Positions 41,227 through 49,901 of a stretch of DNA of 64,000 nucleotides are shown here, one piece after another (the stretch's first letter is position 1; every line of letters begins with the position of its first letter). Origin of the DNA: an uncultured delta proteobacterium. Its GTDB lineage: Bacteria; Desulfobacterota; Desulfomonilia; UBA1062. The stretch spans positions 224,001-288,000 of the forward strand of contig CAWCTR010000007.1 of NCBI GenBank assembly GCA_963798485.1. Reading direction: 5' to 3'. The notes below the pieces were generated by a model that was given only the letters and a program-made list of their open reading frames with translations, did not search any database and was not told the DNA's origin. The translations under genes and the position numbers were made by a program.

Positions 41227-43167
41227 TTGCGCCTTGAAGCGTTTGGAATACAGTGGTCTGAAATGACCACCTTGGTAAAGCCTAGCCAGCAGCCAAGTAC
41301 CGAGTCTTGCGTGGTGAGCGGTAACAATCACTGCGAAGCGTAGACAGGAAGGTGATAGGCCGGAATCGAAAGATGAAGAGGATAATTAGCCCCGAAATCG
41401 AACGTGTTTGAAGCAGTCGACCTTATCTCTCTATGGGGAAGACAACAATCTCATGGTCGCTTAATGGCAAGAACATGAGATTGCTTCCGGGGTACGAACC
41501 TACGGCATGTTACCAAAGGATTCCAAGTGAACAAGGGAGATCCGGCGAACCCAGGCGGAGCCTGTAGGAACAAACAAGCCTACAAAGCGAGGATGTTCCG
41601 ACGGTTTGTCGGAAGTCGGACTGGCTGATAGTACTCAGAGACAGGGAGAGCCTGTTACAAGGGGAAGCGGCCAGCGGGATTTGAGCTCTTCTAAGGAAAC
41701 ATGAGCTCCATACAAAGGGAGGATACGAGCCTTAATGCAAAGTAAGGATAACTCAGTCATGGGAACGGGATTAGAAGGGATAGCAGCAAAAGCTCGAAAG
41801 GAAACAAAGCTCAAGTTCACGACATTATGCCATCATGTCACCCGAGAGTTGATCTGGAAGAGTCTGAATAGCATTCCTAAACAATCGGCACCGGGAGTGG
41901 ATGGTATCAGCGTGGAGGAGACGAAGAAGACATTCGATGCATGGATAGACGAGATGCTAACATCCATACACCGAAAAGCCTACCATGCACCACCGGTAAG
42001 GCGGGTTTGGATACCCAAGCCTGGGAAGACCTCCAAGAGGCCTATAGGCGTACCTTGTATGGCGGACCGAGCACTGCAAAGAAGTGTTTCGGTGGTTCTG
42101 TCAAGTATTTATGAACAGGACTTTCTGCCGTGCTCATTTGGAGGCCGACCGAAACTGAGTGCCCATCATGCCCTATCCACACTCAATGAAATCATAGCGG
42201 GCAAGAAGGTCAGTTGGGTACTCGAAGCAGATCTAAAGAACTTCTTCGGTAGTTTGAACCATGGATGGATAGAACGGTTTGTTGAACATCGAGTCGGAGA
42301 CCCGAGGATTATAAGCTTGATAAGGCGATGGTTAAAGGCTGGCGTCCTGGAAGAGGGCGAGGTGAAACCGGTTGAAGAGGGGACTCCCCAAGGGGGGTCC
42401 ATCAGTGTACTGCTGAGCAATATATATCTCCATTACGTTTTGGATCTTTGGTTTGAAAGGGTGATAAAACCCAAACTGAAGGGAGAAGCCTATCTGGTAA
42501 GGTATATAGATGATTTTGTAGTATGCTTTCAGCTTAGGTCGGATGCGATCTTCTTCCAAAAGGTACTGGTAGAAAGACTTGAGAAGTTTAGCTTGGAATT
42601 AGAACCTGAGAAGACCCGGTTAGTGGAGTTCGGGCGCTTTGCCCAACGCGAGGCAAAGGAAAAGGGTAAGAGCCTGGAGACTATATACTTTCTGGGATTT
42701 ACCCATTACTGTACCCGCAACCGCAAGGGCAACTTTATGGTGGGTCGCAAGATAGAAAAGTCTCGATTCCGGCGGAGTGTTCAAAATTTACAGGCACTGA
42801 TGCGGGAAATCAGGCACTATTCCTTGGGAGAACAACTTGAGAAAATCAACCAAGTGCTGAGAGGCCACTATGCTTACTATGGAGTAGGTGGGAACGTTAA
42901 ATCATTGTTCAAGATTTACCGTATTGCCGAAAGATACTGGCGTAAGATGCTGAGTAGCCGGAGCCAGAAGAGCTACATAACCTGGGATAGATTCTGTTGC
43001 CTTAAGCAGGTGTTTCCGTTACAGCAGCCCAAGCTTTCTGTACCCTTCGGGAGGATGAAAGCACTCGCTGTGCTGTGAAACAAATTCTGAAGAGCGTAGT
43101 GCGGGAAATCCGCACGCTACGTTCTGTGGGGGTTGGGGCTGCCAATTTGCAGCCCCTTCTACCCGGC
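41227..43167 (+). mobile_element. Inner group II intron (class E-like), 1941 nt, nested in domain VI of the outer intron
   Basis: 5' TTGCG; domain I closing stems CCTTG/CAAGG and TTGGAAT/ATTCCAA; domain V 43092-43124; domain VI ending CTACCCGGC. Confidence 0.88.
41735..43078 (+). CDS. ltrA: Group II intron reverse transcriptase/maturase (YIDD; no endonuclease domain)
   Basis: KFTTLCHHV, APGVDG, GTPQGGSIS, RYIDDF, KTRLVEFGRFA, FLGFTHYC, LRGHYAYYG. Confidence 0.9.
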   Translation: MQSKDNSVMGTGLEGIAAKARKETKLKFTTLCHHVTRELIWKSLNSIPKQSAPGVDGISVEETKKTFDAWIDEMLTSIHRKAYHAPPVRRVWIPKPGKTSKRPIGVPCMADRALQRSVSVVLSSIYEQDFLPCSFGGRPKLSAHHALSTLNEIIAGKKVSWVLEADLKNFFGSLNHGWIERFVEHRVGDPRIISLIRRWLKAGVLEEGEVKPVEEGTPQGGSISVLLSNIYLHYVLDLWFERVIKPKLKGEAYLVRYIDDFVVCFQLRSDAIFFQKVLVERLEKFSLELEPEKTRLVEFGRFAQREAKEKGKSLETIYFLGFTHYCTRNRKGNFMVGRKIEKSRFRRSVQNLQALMREIRHYSLGEQLEKINQVLRGHYAYYGVGGNVKSLFKIYRIAERYWRKMLSSRSQKSYITWDRFCCLKQVFPLQQPKLSVPFGRMKALAVL

Positions 43168-43212
43168 GAACGGGGCGGTAACGCCCCCGACCTACCCGGT
43201 GAGTAAAAGGTG

Positions 43213-44643
43213 ATGAGAACATTTTATAGATTTCGATCAACGCATACTTTGCTTGATGGCCGCCATGAGTTGGAGAACCAAGAGATTTATTTTGCATCAC
43301 CAGAAGAACTCAATGACCCCATGGAGGGCTTCAAAGACATTTATTGGCAAGGAGATGAGGTTGCATGGAAAAACCTTATGATTCATTATCTCCTCTGTCT
43401 GGAACACGTGTGTTCATTATTTATTGTTGGAGGTAATAGCGTTGCCATCAAGACAGGAGACATTCCTGTTTTCAAGACAGAAGAACAACTGCCTACTGTG
43501 CAATACAAAGGCTTGTTCAATGAAATAATGAATAAGTTCTTCGGAAATGAAATGATTAGTCAATGTATAAAGAATCTTTCGAGCAGGTCAAGCCCAGTAC
43601 GGCGAAGTGAGTTACTGACTTATATCAGAAGTTTTCATCCATATGCTCTGGAAACTATATTTGCTTTATACGAACGCCACCACCTAATTGATAAGCGTAA
43701 AGATACAGATCAAATTCGCCAGATTGCTGAAGAAACTTTGTCACACTCCCCGATCTTATTGGAACTTACAAATAAATTTGAAGAGGAGCATCCTGATGTA
43801 GAGCGTAGTGCGGATAAGCTTTTCTCTACTGCAGCGCATATAGCTTCACAACTCGGTTTGATTACGAGATACAATGTTTCACCTCCTAACGATGATAATA
43901 GAATATTCCTCCTTTTCGGCTTCCCCGATGGGTACATCCAAAGCATTGAGCGAATTGTGTATCCTGACTGGTATGCAGCCTGTTTCATGACAAAGTACAG
44001 CAACTCTTCCGTATGGGGAAATTATGGAAATAAGCATCAAGGTGTATGCCTATCTTTCAAAGCAGTGACCGATAATGATCGCGCTTATATCAAGCTTTAC
44101 GGAATAAATGGATGGGGTAGTTCTGGCCCAAGCTATGGGATAAGAGATCATACGTTCTATAAGATTGATTATGAAAAGAAACACGTCGAAGTCGATTTCT
44201 TTAGGTCTTTAGGTCGTCTTCCAAGCCCTGTATTGATGAAGTGTTGGTATACTAATGAAAACGGCTCAAGAAGTACTTGTGCTGACGACATTTTTAAATA
44301 CGAGGATCAGTGGAGGGAGAGATACTGGACAAAATTCTACCAAGGAATAACTACGAAGATTGTGGATTGGATGTATGAGGAGGAATACAGACTGATTCTG
44401 ACCGGTTCCATTTTGGATTATAGTGATCCTGAGAGCAGAAAGCTCAAGTTTGACTTCAATGACTTGGAAAGCATCACATTCGGGATAAAAACCTCAACAG
44501 AAGATAAACTAAAGATAATGAAAATAATTGAATCGAAATGTCGAAGCGAGAATCGGAAAGAATTCGATTTCTACCAAGCTCATTATTCCTGGCAAACAGG
44601 AACCATAGAACGTAGCAAAATGGATCTACTTTGCTTTGCATGA
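43213..44643 (+). CDS. DUF2971-like protein (integron cassette 2, AT-rich)
   Basis: YRFRS...IYFASPEELNDPMEG, WGNYGNKHQGVCL, K..DW.YEEEYR motifs; followed by R'' TACTCATAAC. Confidence 0.7.
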   Translation: MRTFYRFRSTHTLLDGRHELENQEIYFASPEELNDPMEGFKDIYWQGDEVAWKNLMIHYLLCLEHVCSLFIVGGNSVAIKTGDIPVFKTEEQLPTVQYKGLFNEIMNKFFGNEMISQCIKNLSSRSSPVRRSELLTYIRSFHPYALETIFALYERHHLIDKRKDTDQIRQIAEETLSHSPILLELTNKFEEEHPDVERSADKLFSTAAHIASQLGLITRYNVSPPNDDNRIFLLFGFPDGYIQSIERIVYPDWYAACFMTKYSNSSVWGNYGNKHQGVCLSFKAVTDNDRAYIKLYGINGWGSSGPSYGIRDHTFYKIDYEKKHVEVDFFRSLGRLPSPVLMKCWYTNENGSRSTCADDIFKYEDQWRERYWTKFYQGITTKIVDWMYEEEYRLILTGSILDYSDPESRKLKFDFNDLESITFGIKTSTEDKLKIMKIIESKCRSENRKEFDFYQAHYSWQTGTIERSKMDLLCFA

Positions 44644-44649
44644 AAATAC

Positions 44650-44675
44650 TCATAACAAGCTAATCCAGCGGCGGG
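44650..44675 (+). other. attC site 2, left half only (truncated)
   Basis: TCATAAC-AAGCT-AATCCAGCGG resembles the left arm of attC1; no complementary right arm found. Confidence 0.6.
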
Positions 44676-44706
44676 TGGCCTTGGAATGAGAGGAAATCCT
44701 GGGTGA

Positions 44707-44736
44707 CACGGGCGAAGCTCAAAGAGCTTGCCCGTG
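44707..44736. repeat. GC-rich palindrome
   Basis: CACGGGC(G)AAGCTC-AAA-GAGCTTGCCCGTG hairpin. Confidence 0.5.
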
Positions 44737-44758
44737 GGATAGGAAAGTTAAAGACGTA

Positions 44759-44785
44759 AGATTTCTCCCTGCGGTCGAAATGACA
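44759..44785. repeat. REP-like palindrome of the AGAT...AATGACA family
   Basis: AGATTTCTCCCTGCGGTCGAAATGACA has the same ends and length as 37791-37817. Confidence 0.55.
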
Positions 44786-44811
44786 AATAGAAAGTAGTGA
44801 AGTGGTCTTTT

Positions 44812-45015
44812 GGGTTTTGTTGTTCCCCCCTTGAACCCGGTGAGCGAGTGCAGGAAAATCCGGGGGAAAGCGGCGTCTGTCTGAGCGGAGTGAAACGGAG
44901 CGAGTTCAGCCGCGGCCCGGATTTTTCAAGCGAGTGAACGTACCCGAAGGGCGGGTTCACGGGGCGCCTTTTCTTTCGTCACTTTCTTTTGGCACCAAAA
45001 GAAAGTGACAATAAT
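44812..45015 (-). repeat. ~204-bp structured repeat element, copy B (inverted; right flank of cassette array)
   Basis: Reverse complement of 37983-38186 with about ten differences. Confidence 0.9.
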
Positions 45016-45019
45016 AATG

Positions 45020-46312
45020 TTACGGATATGCCCTATACATCATCCTCGGGAAGGGGATGGTCTCGCGAACGTGCTTGAGCCCGCATATCCACGACAGGGT
45101 CCGCTCGATGCCCAGGCCGAAGCCTGAATGAGGCACGCTGCCGTACTTCCTGAGGTCGAAGTACCACCCGTATCGCTCCGGGTCCAGACCATTATCGAGG
45201 ATGGACTTCATGAGGACCTCGGGGTCCTCTTCCCGCTGCGACCCGCCGATGATCTCGCCGTACCCTTCCGGAGCGAGCAGATCGGCGCACATGACCAGTT
45301 CAGGTCTTTCCGGGTGCTGCTTCATGTAGAAGGCCTTGACCTTCTTGGGATAGCACTCGATAAACACCGGCTTTTCAAAGAGCTGGGTGATGATGGTCTC
45401 GTCATCCCCGCCCAGGTCGGAACCCCATTCTATATCCGAGCCGTGCTTGCGCAGGATCTCGATGGCCTCGTCGTAGCTGACCCGGTGGAACGGCGGTACG
45501 ATCTTCTTCAAGGGCTCGATGTCACGTTCGAGCTTCTTCAACTCGTCGGCCATGTCACGGATCGTGTTCTGCACGATATAAGCCACAAAGTTCTCCTGGA
45601 GCTCCAGGTTGTCCTTGTGCTCGAAAAAGGCCATCTCTCCCTCCACCATCCAGAACTCGGTGAGGTGCCGCCTGGTCTTGGAGCGCTCGGCCCTGAAGGT
45701 GGGCCCCAGGCAGTAGACCTTGCCGAGGCCGAATATGGCGGCCTCGAGGTAGAGTTGGCCTGTCTGTGACAGGTAGGTCTTGCCCAGGTCGAAGTAGTCC
45801 ACGGAAAAGAGGTTGGATGAGTCTTCGCCCACGGTGGTGGTGAAGATGGGGGTGTCGATAAGGGTGAATCCGTTCTTGTAGAAGAACTCCCGCACATACC
45901 TGACCAGTGCATCGCGAACCCTCAAGATCGCGATCTGCCTGGGTGTACGCAGCCATAAATGGCGGATGCCCAGCAGGAAGTCGGGGCCGTGCTCTTTTTT
46001 GCCGATAGGGAACTCCTCTGACTTCTGGAGGATGTTCATGCCCGAGACATGCATTTCATAACCGCCCGGCGACCGGGCCTCTTCAACCACCTTTCCGGTG
46101 ACGATCACGGAGGACTCCAACGGCAGCTTCCTGATCTCTTCGTAGAAATCCCCCATGGCCTCTTTTTCGGCAATGGCCTGACAGATGCCTGAACCATCGC
46201 GTATGATCAGGAAAGATACCTTGCCGCTGGATCTCCTGTTGGCGACCCATCCCCTGATAGTCACCGTCTCGCCCACGTGCCGGGAAAAGCCTGATATCAA
46301 ATACTCACTCAT
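45020..46312 (-). CDS. asnS: Asparagine--tRNA ligase
   Basis: RHLWLR, YLSQTGQLYLE, FRAERSKTRRHLTEFWM, PHSGFGLGIER. Confidence 0.95.
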   Translation of the reverse strand: MSEYLISGFSRHVGETVTIRGWVANRRSSGKVSFLIIRDGSGICQAIAEKEAMGDFYEEIRKLPLESSVIVTGKVVEEARSPGGYEMHVSGMNILQKSEEFPIGKKEHGPDFLLGIRHLWLRTPRQIAILRVRDALVRYVREFFYKNGFTLIDTPIFTTTVGEDSSNLFSVDYFDLGKTYLSQTGQLYLEAAIFGLGKVYCLGPTFRAERSKTRRHLTEFWMVEGEMAFFEHKDNLELQENFVAYIVQNTIRDMADELKKLERDIEPLKKIVPPFHRVSYDEAIEILRKHGSDIEWGSDLGGDDETIITQLFEKPVFIECYPKKVKAFYMKQHPERPELVMCADLLAPEGYGEIIGGSQREEDPEVLMKSILDNGLDPERYGWYFDLRKYGSVPHSGFGLGIERTLSWICGLKHVRETIPFPRMMYRAYP

Positions 46313-46433
46313 GGAAGGCTCCGCGATATATAGTATTGAAAATATTTCATAACGCATTTGATATAGATAGATCAACTCCTATCAACAAGCACTGCACTTG
46401 AAAAGAACAGCGCCTTCATGGTATCTGTCTCCC

Positions 46434-46787
46434 ATGCATATAGCTTATAAAATTTGGATCGAATCCGGCGGCAAGGCGGTTTTCGGGATCGGGATATACC
46501 AACTCCTTATGCTGGTCCGCCAGACAGGTTCCCTCAAAAAGGCCGCCGAGGGCCTCAAGATGTCCTATAGGGCGGCGTGGGGCAAGGTGCGCGATTACGA
46601 GGCCCGGCTTGACATAAGACTGCTGGAGCAGGGCAGGCACGGCAGGACAGGCGCACATTTGACAGATGAAGGCAATGAAATAGTCGATCGATTTCACAAG
46701 ATCCTGGATAAGATGGATGCCGTTGTATCAGATAGCGCTATGATGGAGTTCATTGGCGAGATTGAGCACCTTAAAGGCGCGAGCTGA
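46434..46787 (+). CDS. ModE-like winged-helix regulator (DNA-binding domain only)
   Basis: GSLKKAAEGLKMSYRAAW, GAHLT. Confidence 0.8.
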   Translation: MHIAYKIWIESGGKAVFGIGIYQLLMLVRQTGSLKKAAEGLKMSYRAAWGKVRDYEARLDIRLLEQGRHGRTGAHLTDEGNEIVDRFHKILDKMDAVVSDSAMMEFIGEIEHLKGAS

Positions 46788-46796
46788 GTTTTATCT

Positions 46797-47255
46797 ATGC
46801 CCGGGATCGCCAGCAGAGTTATCGCCACCTTTTTCGGAACCGGATATTTCCCCAAGGCCCCCGGCACGTTTGCAACCCTTGCAACCCTGCCCCTGTACCT
46901 GATCCTCAGGCGTCTGCCGGCACCACTATACATCCTTTTTCTCACCAAGCTTATTGCCATTGGTGTCATCACGTCCGATATCATGGAGAAACAATGGGGC
47001 CACGACCCCTCCCGGGTGGTCATTGACGAGGTCTGCGGGCTGCTTGTCACGCTCATCTCAAGGCCCAAGGGTTTCAAGGAGATCGCACTGGGCACAGGGC
47101 TCTTCAGGCTTTTTGACATCATCAAACCGTTTCCGGTGGGCATCATCGATCGAAAGGTAAAGGGCGGCATCGGCATCATGGCGGATGACATCGCCGCAGG
47201 CGTCATGAGCGCCCTTATCCTGCTCTTTGTCCGCAAAAAAGGATGGCTTTCGTGA
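46797..47255 (+). CDS. pgpA: Phosphatidylglycerophosphatase A
   Basis: APGTF, DPSRVVIDE, FRLFDIIKP, DDIAAG. Confidence 0.92.
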   Translation: MPGIASRVIATFFGTGYFPKAPGTFATLATLPLYLILRRLPAPLYILFLTKLIAIGVITSDIMEKQWGHDPSRVVIDEVCGLLVTLISRPKGFKEIALGTGLFRLFDIIKPFPVGIIDRKVKGGIGIMADDIAAGVMSALILLFVRKKGWLS

Positions 47256-48346
47256 AGGCATCGCTCGTCATCACCGGCAGCGAGATCATCACGGGAAGGC
47301 GCGTTGATGCCCTGGTACAGCCATTTGCAGCACAACTCACCGCGATCGGGACCACGGTTTGTGAGGTGAGGATGATCTCGGATGCACCGGACATGCTCTG
47401 CGGGGCCATTCTTGAGCTCATTGACACATCCGACCTGATCGTTGTCACCGGCGGGCTGGGCCTGACCCCTGACGATACGACCAGGCTCGCCATCGCCGCG
47501 TTGAAAAACCGCCGTCCGCCTTCTGCCGAGGCACAGATAGCAAACCCCGTAGGCTCTGCTTCAGGCATAGACCTCAGGTTCGGTACCTGCCGGGTGGTGT
47601 TTCTACCCGGCGTGCCGAGAGAATCTCATGCCATGTTCCCCCTTGTTCTTGATGGTGTAGCAGGAGAGATTCCCGCTACTGTCGAGATTCCGGTCTTCGG
47701 TTTGCGGGAGGTACAGATCGCCGAGCGCATCGGGCCATTGGCCGAAAGGTGCGGCTATCTGCCGAGCGAAATGGAGATCGCCCTGGTGGCGCCCGCCGAC
47801 CTGGAGGCTCAGATACGCTCTATCCTGGGCAGGCATGCCCTGGAAAGGAAAGGCCTGGCGCGCACGTTGGGTGAATTACTCAAGGCCAGGGGGCTGACCT
47901 GCGCTGCGGCCGAGTCCTGCACCGGCGGGCTCATCTCCCATCTCATCACCCAGGTGCCGGGCAGCTCGGAGTATTTCCTCGGATCAATCGTGTCTTACAG
48001 CAACGAGGTCAAGGCAGACGTCCTTAAGGTCAGCCGGGAGGACATCGAACGCTTCGGCGCGGTGAGCGAACAGGTGGCCCGGGCCATGCTCAAAGGGGCG
48101 CTCAGGCTTACCGGGGCGGATGTGGGCATGGCCGCTACGGGCATTGCAGGCCCGGACGGCGGCAGCGGCGAAAAGCCCGTTGGCACGGTGTGGATCTGCG
48201 TTGGCACGGCACAGAGTCAGGAGGCGCAGATGATGCGCTTTTCCTTTGACCGTGAAGGGAATAAGATGATCAGTGCCAAGACCGCGTTGTTTATGCTAAG
48301 AAACCTTATCCATGATCAGGACATTCATTGCGCTGACCATTCCTGA
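47243..48346 (+). CDS. cinA: CinA family protein (MoCF-like domain plus NMN deamidase)
   Basis: TGGLGLTPDD, AESCTGG, TGIAGPDGG. Confidence 0.88.
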   Translation: MAFVKASLVITGSEIITGRRVDALVQPFAAQLTAIGTTVCEVRMISDAPDMLCGAILELIDTSDLIVVTGGLGLTPDDTTRLAIAALKNRRPPSAEAQIANPVGSASGIDLRFGTCRVVFLPGVPRESHAMFPLVLDGVAGEIPATVEIPVFGLREVQIAERIGPLAERCGYLPSEMEIALVAPADLEAQIRSILGRHALERKGLARTLGELLKARGLTCAAAESCTGGLISHLITQVPGSSEYFLGSIVSYSNEVKADVLKVSREDIERFGAVSEQVARAMLKGALRLTGADVGMAATGIAGPDGGSGEKPVGTVWICVGTAQSQEAQMMRFSFDREGNKMISAKTALFMLRNLIHDQDIHCADHS

Positions 48347-48863
48347 AGAAGTCAAGGCCGCCCTCGTCACTGCCATGAATGAGCTCAGGGCAAAGAACCA
48401 TGCAGTGAGATGGGTGAAGCCCGCAGGGCTCCACATAACGCTCAAGTTCCTGGGCGATATTCCTGAAGAGACCGCCTTCCCTCTTGCCGCCGACCTCGAC
48501 AAGGCGGCGGCGCTGTGCCCGCCCCTTACGCTCGGGCTAAAAGGCTTCGGGGCATTTCCCAACGTAAGGCGGGCAAAAGTCGTATGGGTGGGGCTTGAAG
48601 GGGACATGCACGAGCTTTCCAAGCTGGCCTTGAATATTGACAAGATGTGCATCGCCTATGGGGTTGCAGGTGAGAAAAGGCCCTTTTCCGGACATATCAC
48701 CCTTGGTAGACTAAAGGCGCCGACTATGGTAGATCTTGCTATCAATCCCGTAAAGGGGTTGTTCAATGCATCACAGGTCCTGTTGTATCAAAGTGTATTG
48801 TTGCCCGGCGGCGCTCAGTATACCGTACTCCACAGAAGCAGCCTGGGAAGTAAAGGAGGATAG
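48312..48863 (+). CDS. thpR: RNA 2',3'-cyclic phosphodiesterase
   Basis: Two HxT motifs ([14 protein letters not shown]). Confidence 0.9.
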   Translation: MIRTFIALTIPEEVKAALVTAMNELRAKNHAVRWVKPAGLHITLKFLGDIPEETAFPLAADLDKAAALCPPLTLGLKGFGAFPNVRRAKVVWVGLEGDMHELSKLALNIDKMCIAYGVAGEKRPFSGHITLGRLKAPTMVDLAINPVKGLFNASQVLLYQSVLLPGGAQYTVLHRSSLGSKGG

Positions 48864-48865
48864 AA

Positions 48866-49882
48866 ATGGAAGAAGGCAGAAAGAGGGCATTGGAAGAGGC
48901 CATATCCAAGATCGAGCGGTCATTCGGCAAGGGGTCCATCATGCGCATGGGCTCGGATGCCATAGGCAAGGGGGTGCCTGTCATCTCCACAGGGTCGCTC
49001 CTGCTCGACTTTGAGGCGCTTGCCATCGGCGGCATTCCCAGGGGCAGGGTGACCGAGATCTACGGCGCGGAATCCTCGGGAAAGACAACCCTATCGCTTC
49101 ACTGCATCGCATCCACCCAGGCGGCCGGCGGGGTGGCGGCGTTCATAGACGCGGAGCATGCCCTTGACGTGACCTATGCCCAGAAGCTGGGCGTCAACAT
49201 CGACGACCTCCTGGTCTCCCAGCCCGACTCGGGCGAGCAGGCGCTGGACATCGCAGAGACCCTGGTGAGATCCAATGCGGTAGATATCGTGGTGATCGAC
49301 TCGGTGGCGGCCCTGGTCCCCCGGGCGGAGATCGAGGGCGACATGGGCGATTCACACATGGGCCTGCAGGCCAGGCTCATGTCGCAGGCCCTGCGCAAAC
49401 TCTCCGGGGCTATCTCCAAGACCAAGACCACCGCAGTATTCATCAACCAGACGCGCCAGAAGATCGGTGTGGTCTATGGCAATCCCGAGACCACGACAGG
49501 CGGCAATGCGCTGAAGTTCTATGCCAGCGTCAGGCTCCAGATCAAGAACGTCGGCCCCATAAAGGACGGCGACAAGATCATCGGAAACAGGACCCGGGTG
49601 AAGGTGGTAAAAAACAAGATGGCGCCGCCCTTCAAAGAGGTGGAGTTCGATATCATGTTCGGTGAGGGGATATCGCGTTATGGTGAACTATTGGATGTGG
49701 CGAGTAATTCCGATAAGAACATCATTGAAAAGGCGGGCTCATGGTACACATACAACAAACAGCGTCTGGGCCAGGGCAGAGAGGCTGCCAAGACCTTCCT
49801 GAAAGAGCATCCCGAGATCTTCCAGGAGGTCAGCGAGGCTGTGAAAAAGAACTACATCGTGGCAAATGACGCCTTAGGTTAG
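48866..49882 (+). CDS. recA: Recombinase A
   Basis: [25 protein letters not shown]. Confidence 0.97.
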   Translation: MEEGRKRALEEAISKIERSFGKGSIMRMGSDAIGKGVPVISTGSLLLDFEALAIGGIPRGRVTEIYGAESSGKTTLSLHCIASTQAAGGVAAFIDAEHALDVTYAQKLGVNIDDLLVSQPDSGEQALDIAETLVRSNAVDIVVIDSVAALVPRAEIEGDMGDSHMGLQARLMSQALRKLSGAISKTKTTAVFINQTRQKIGVVYGNPETTTGGNALKFYASVRLQIKNVGPIKDGDKIIGNRTRVKVVKNKMAPPFKEVEFDIMFGEGISRYGELLDVASNSDKNIIEKAGSWYTYNKQRLGQGREAAKTFLKEHPEIFQEVSEAVKKNYIVANDALG

Positions 49883-49901
49883 CCTGCCTTAGGAGAGAGA
49901 G

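Larger units (their letters stand above)
38992..43200 (+). mobile_element. Outer group II intron (chloroplast-like/IIB-type), 2268 nt without the nested intron
   Basis: 5' TCGCG; domain I stem 39006-16/39393-403; domain V 41185-41218; rest of domain VI at 43168-43200 ending CTACCCGGT; removal restores GTTATGAGTA. Confidence 0.88.

Noticed and set aside
39636-43078. Retron, DGR or defence-associated RT pair
   Set aside because: Both RTs have maturase X domains and are followed by clear domain V/VI RNA, so they are group II introns.
37612-45020. tRNA-integrated genomic island or prophage
   Set aside because: No integrase, and I found no duplicated tRNA 3' end at the right boundary.
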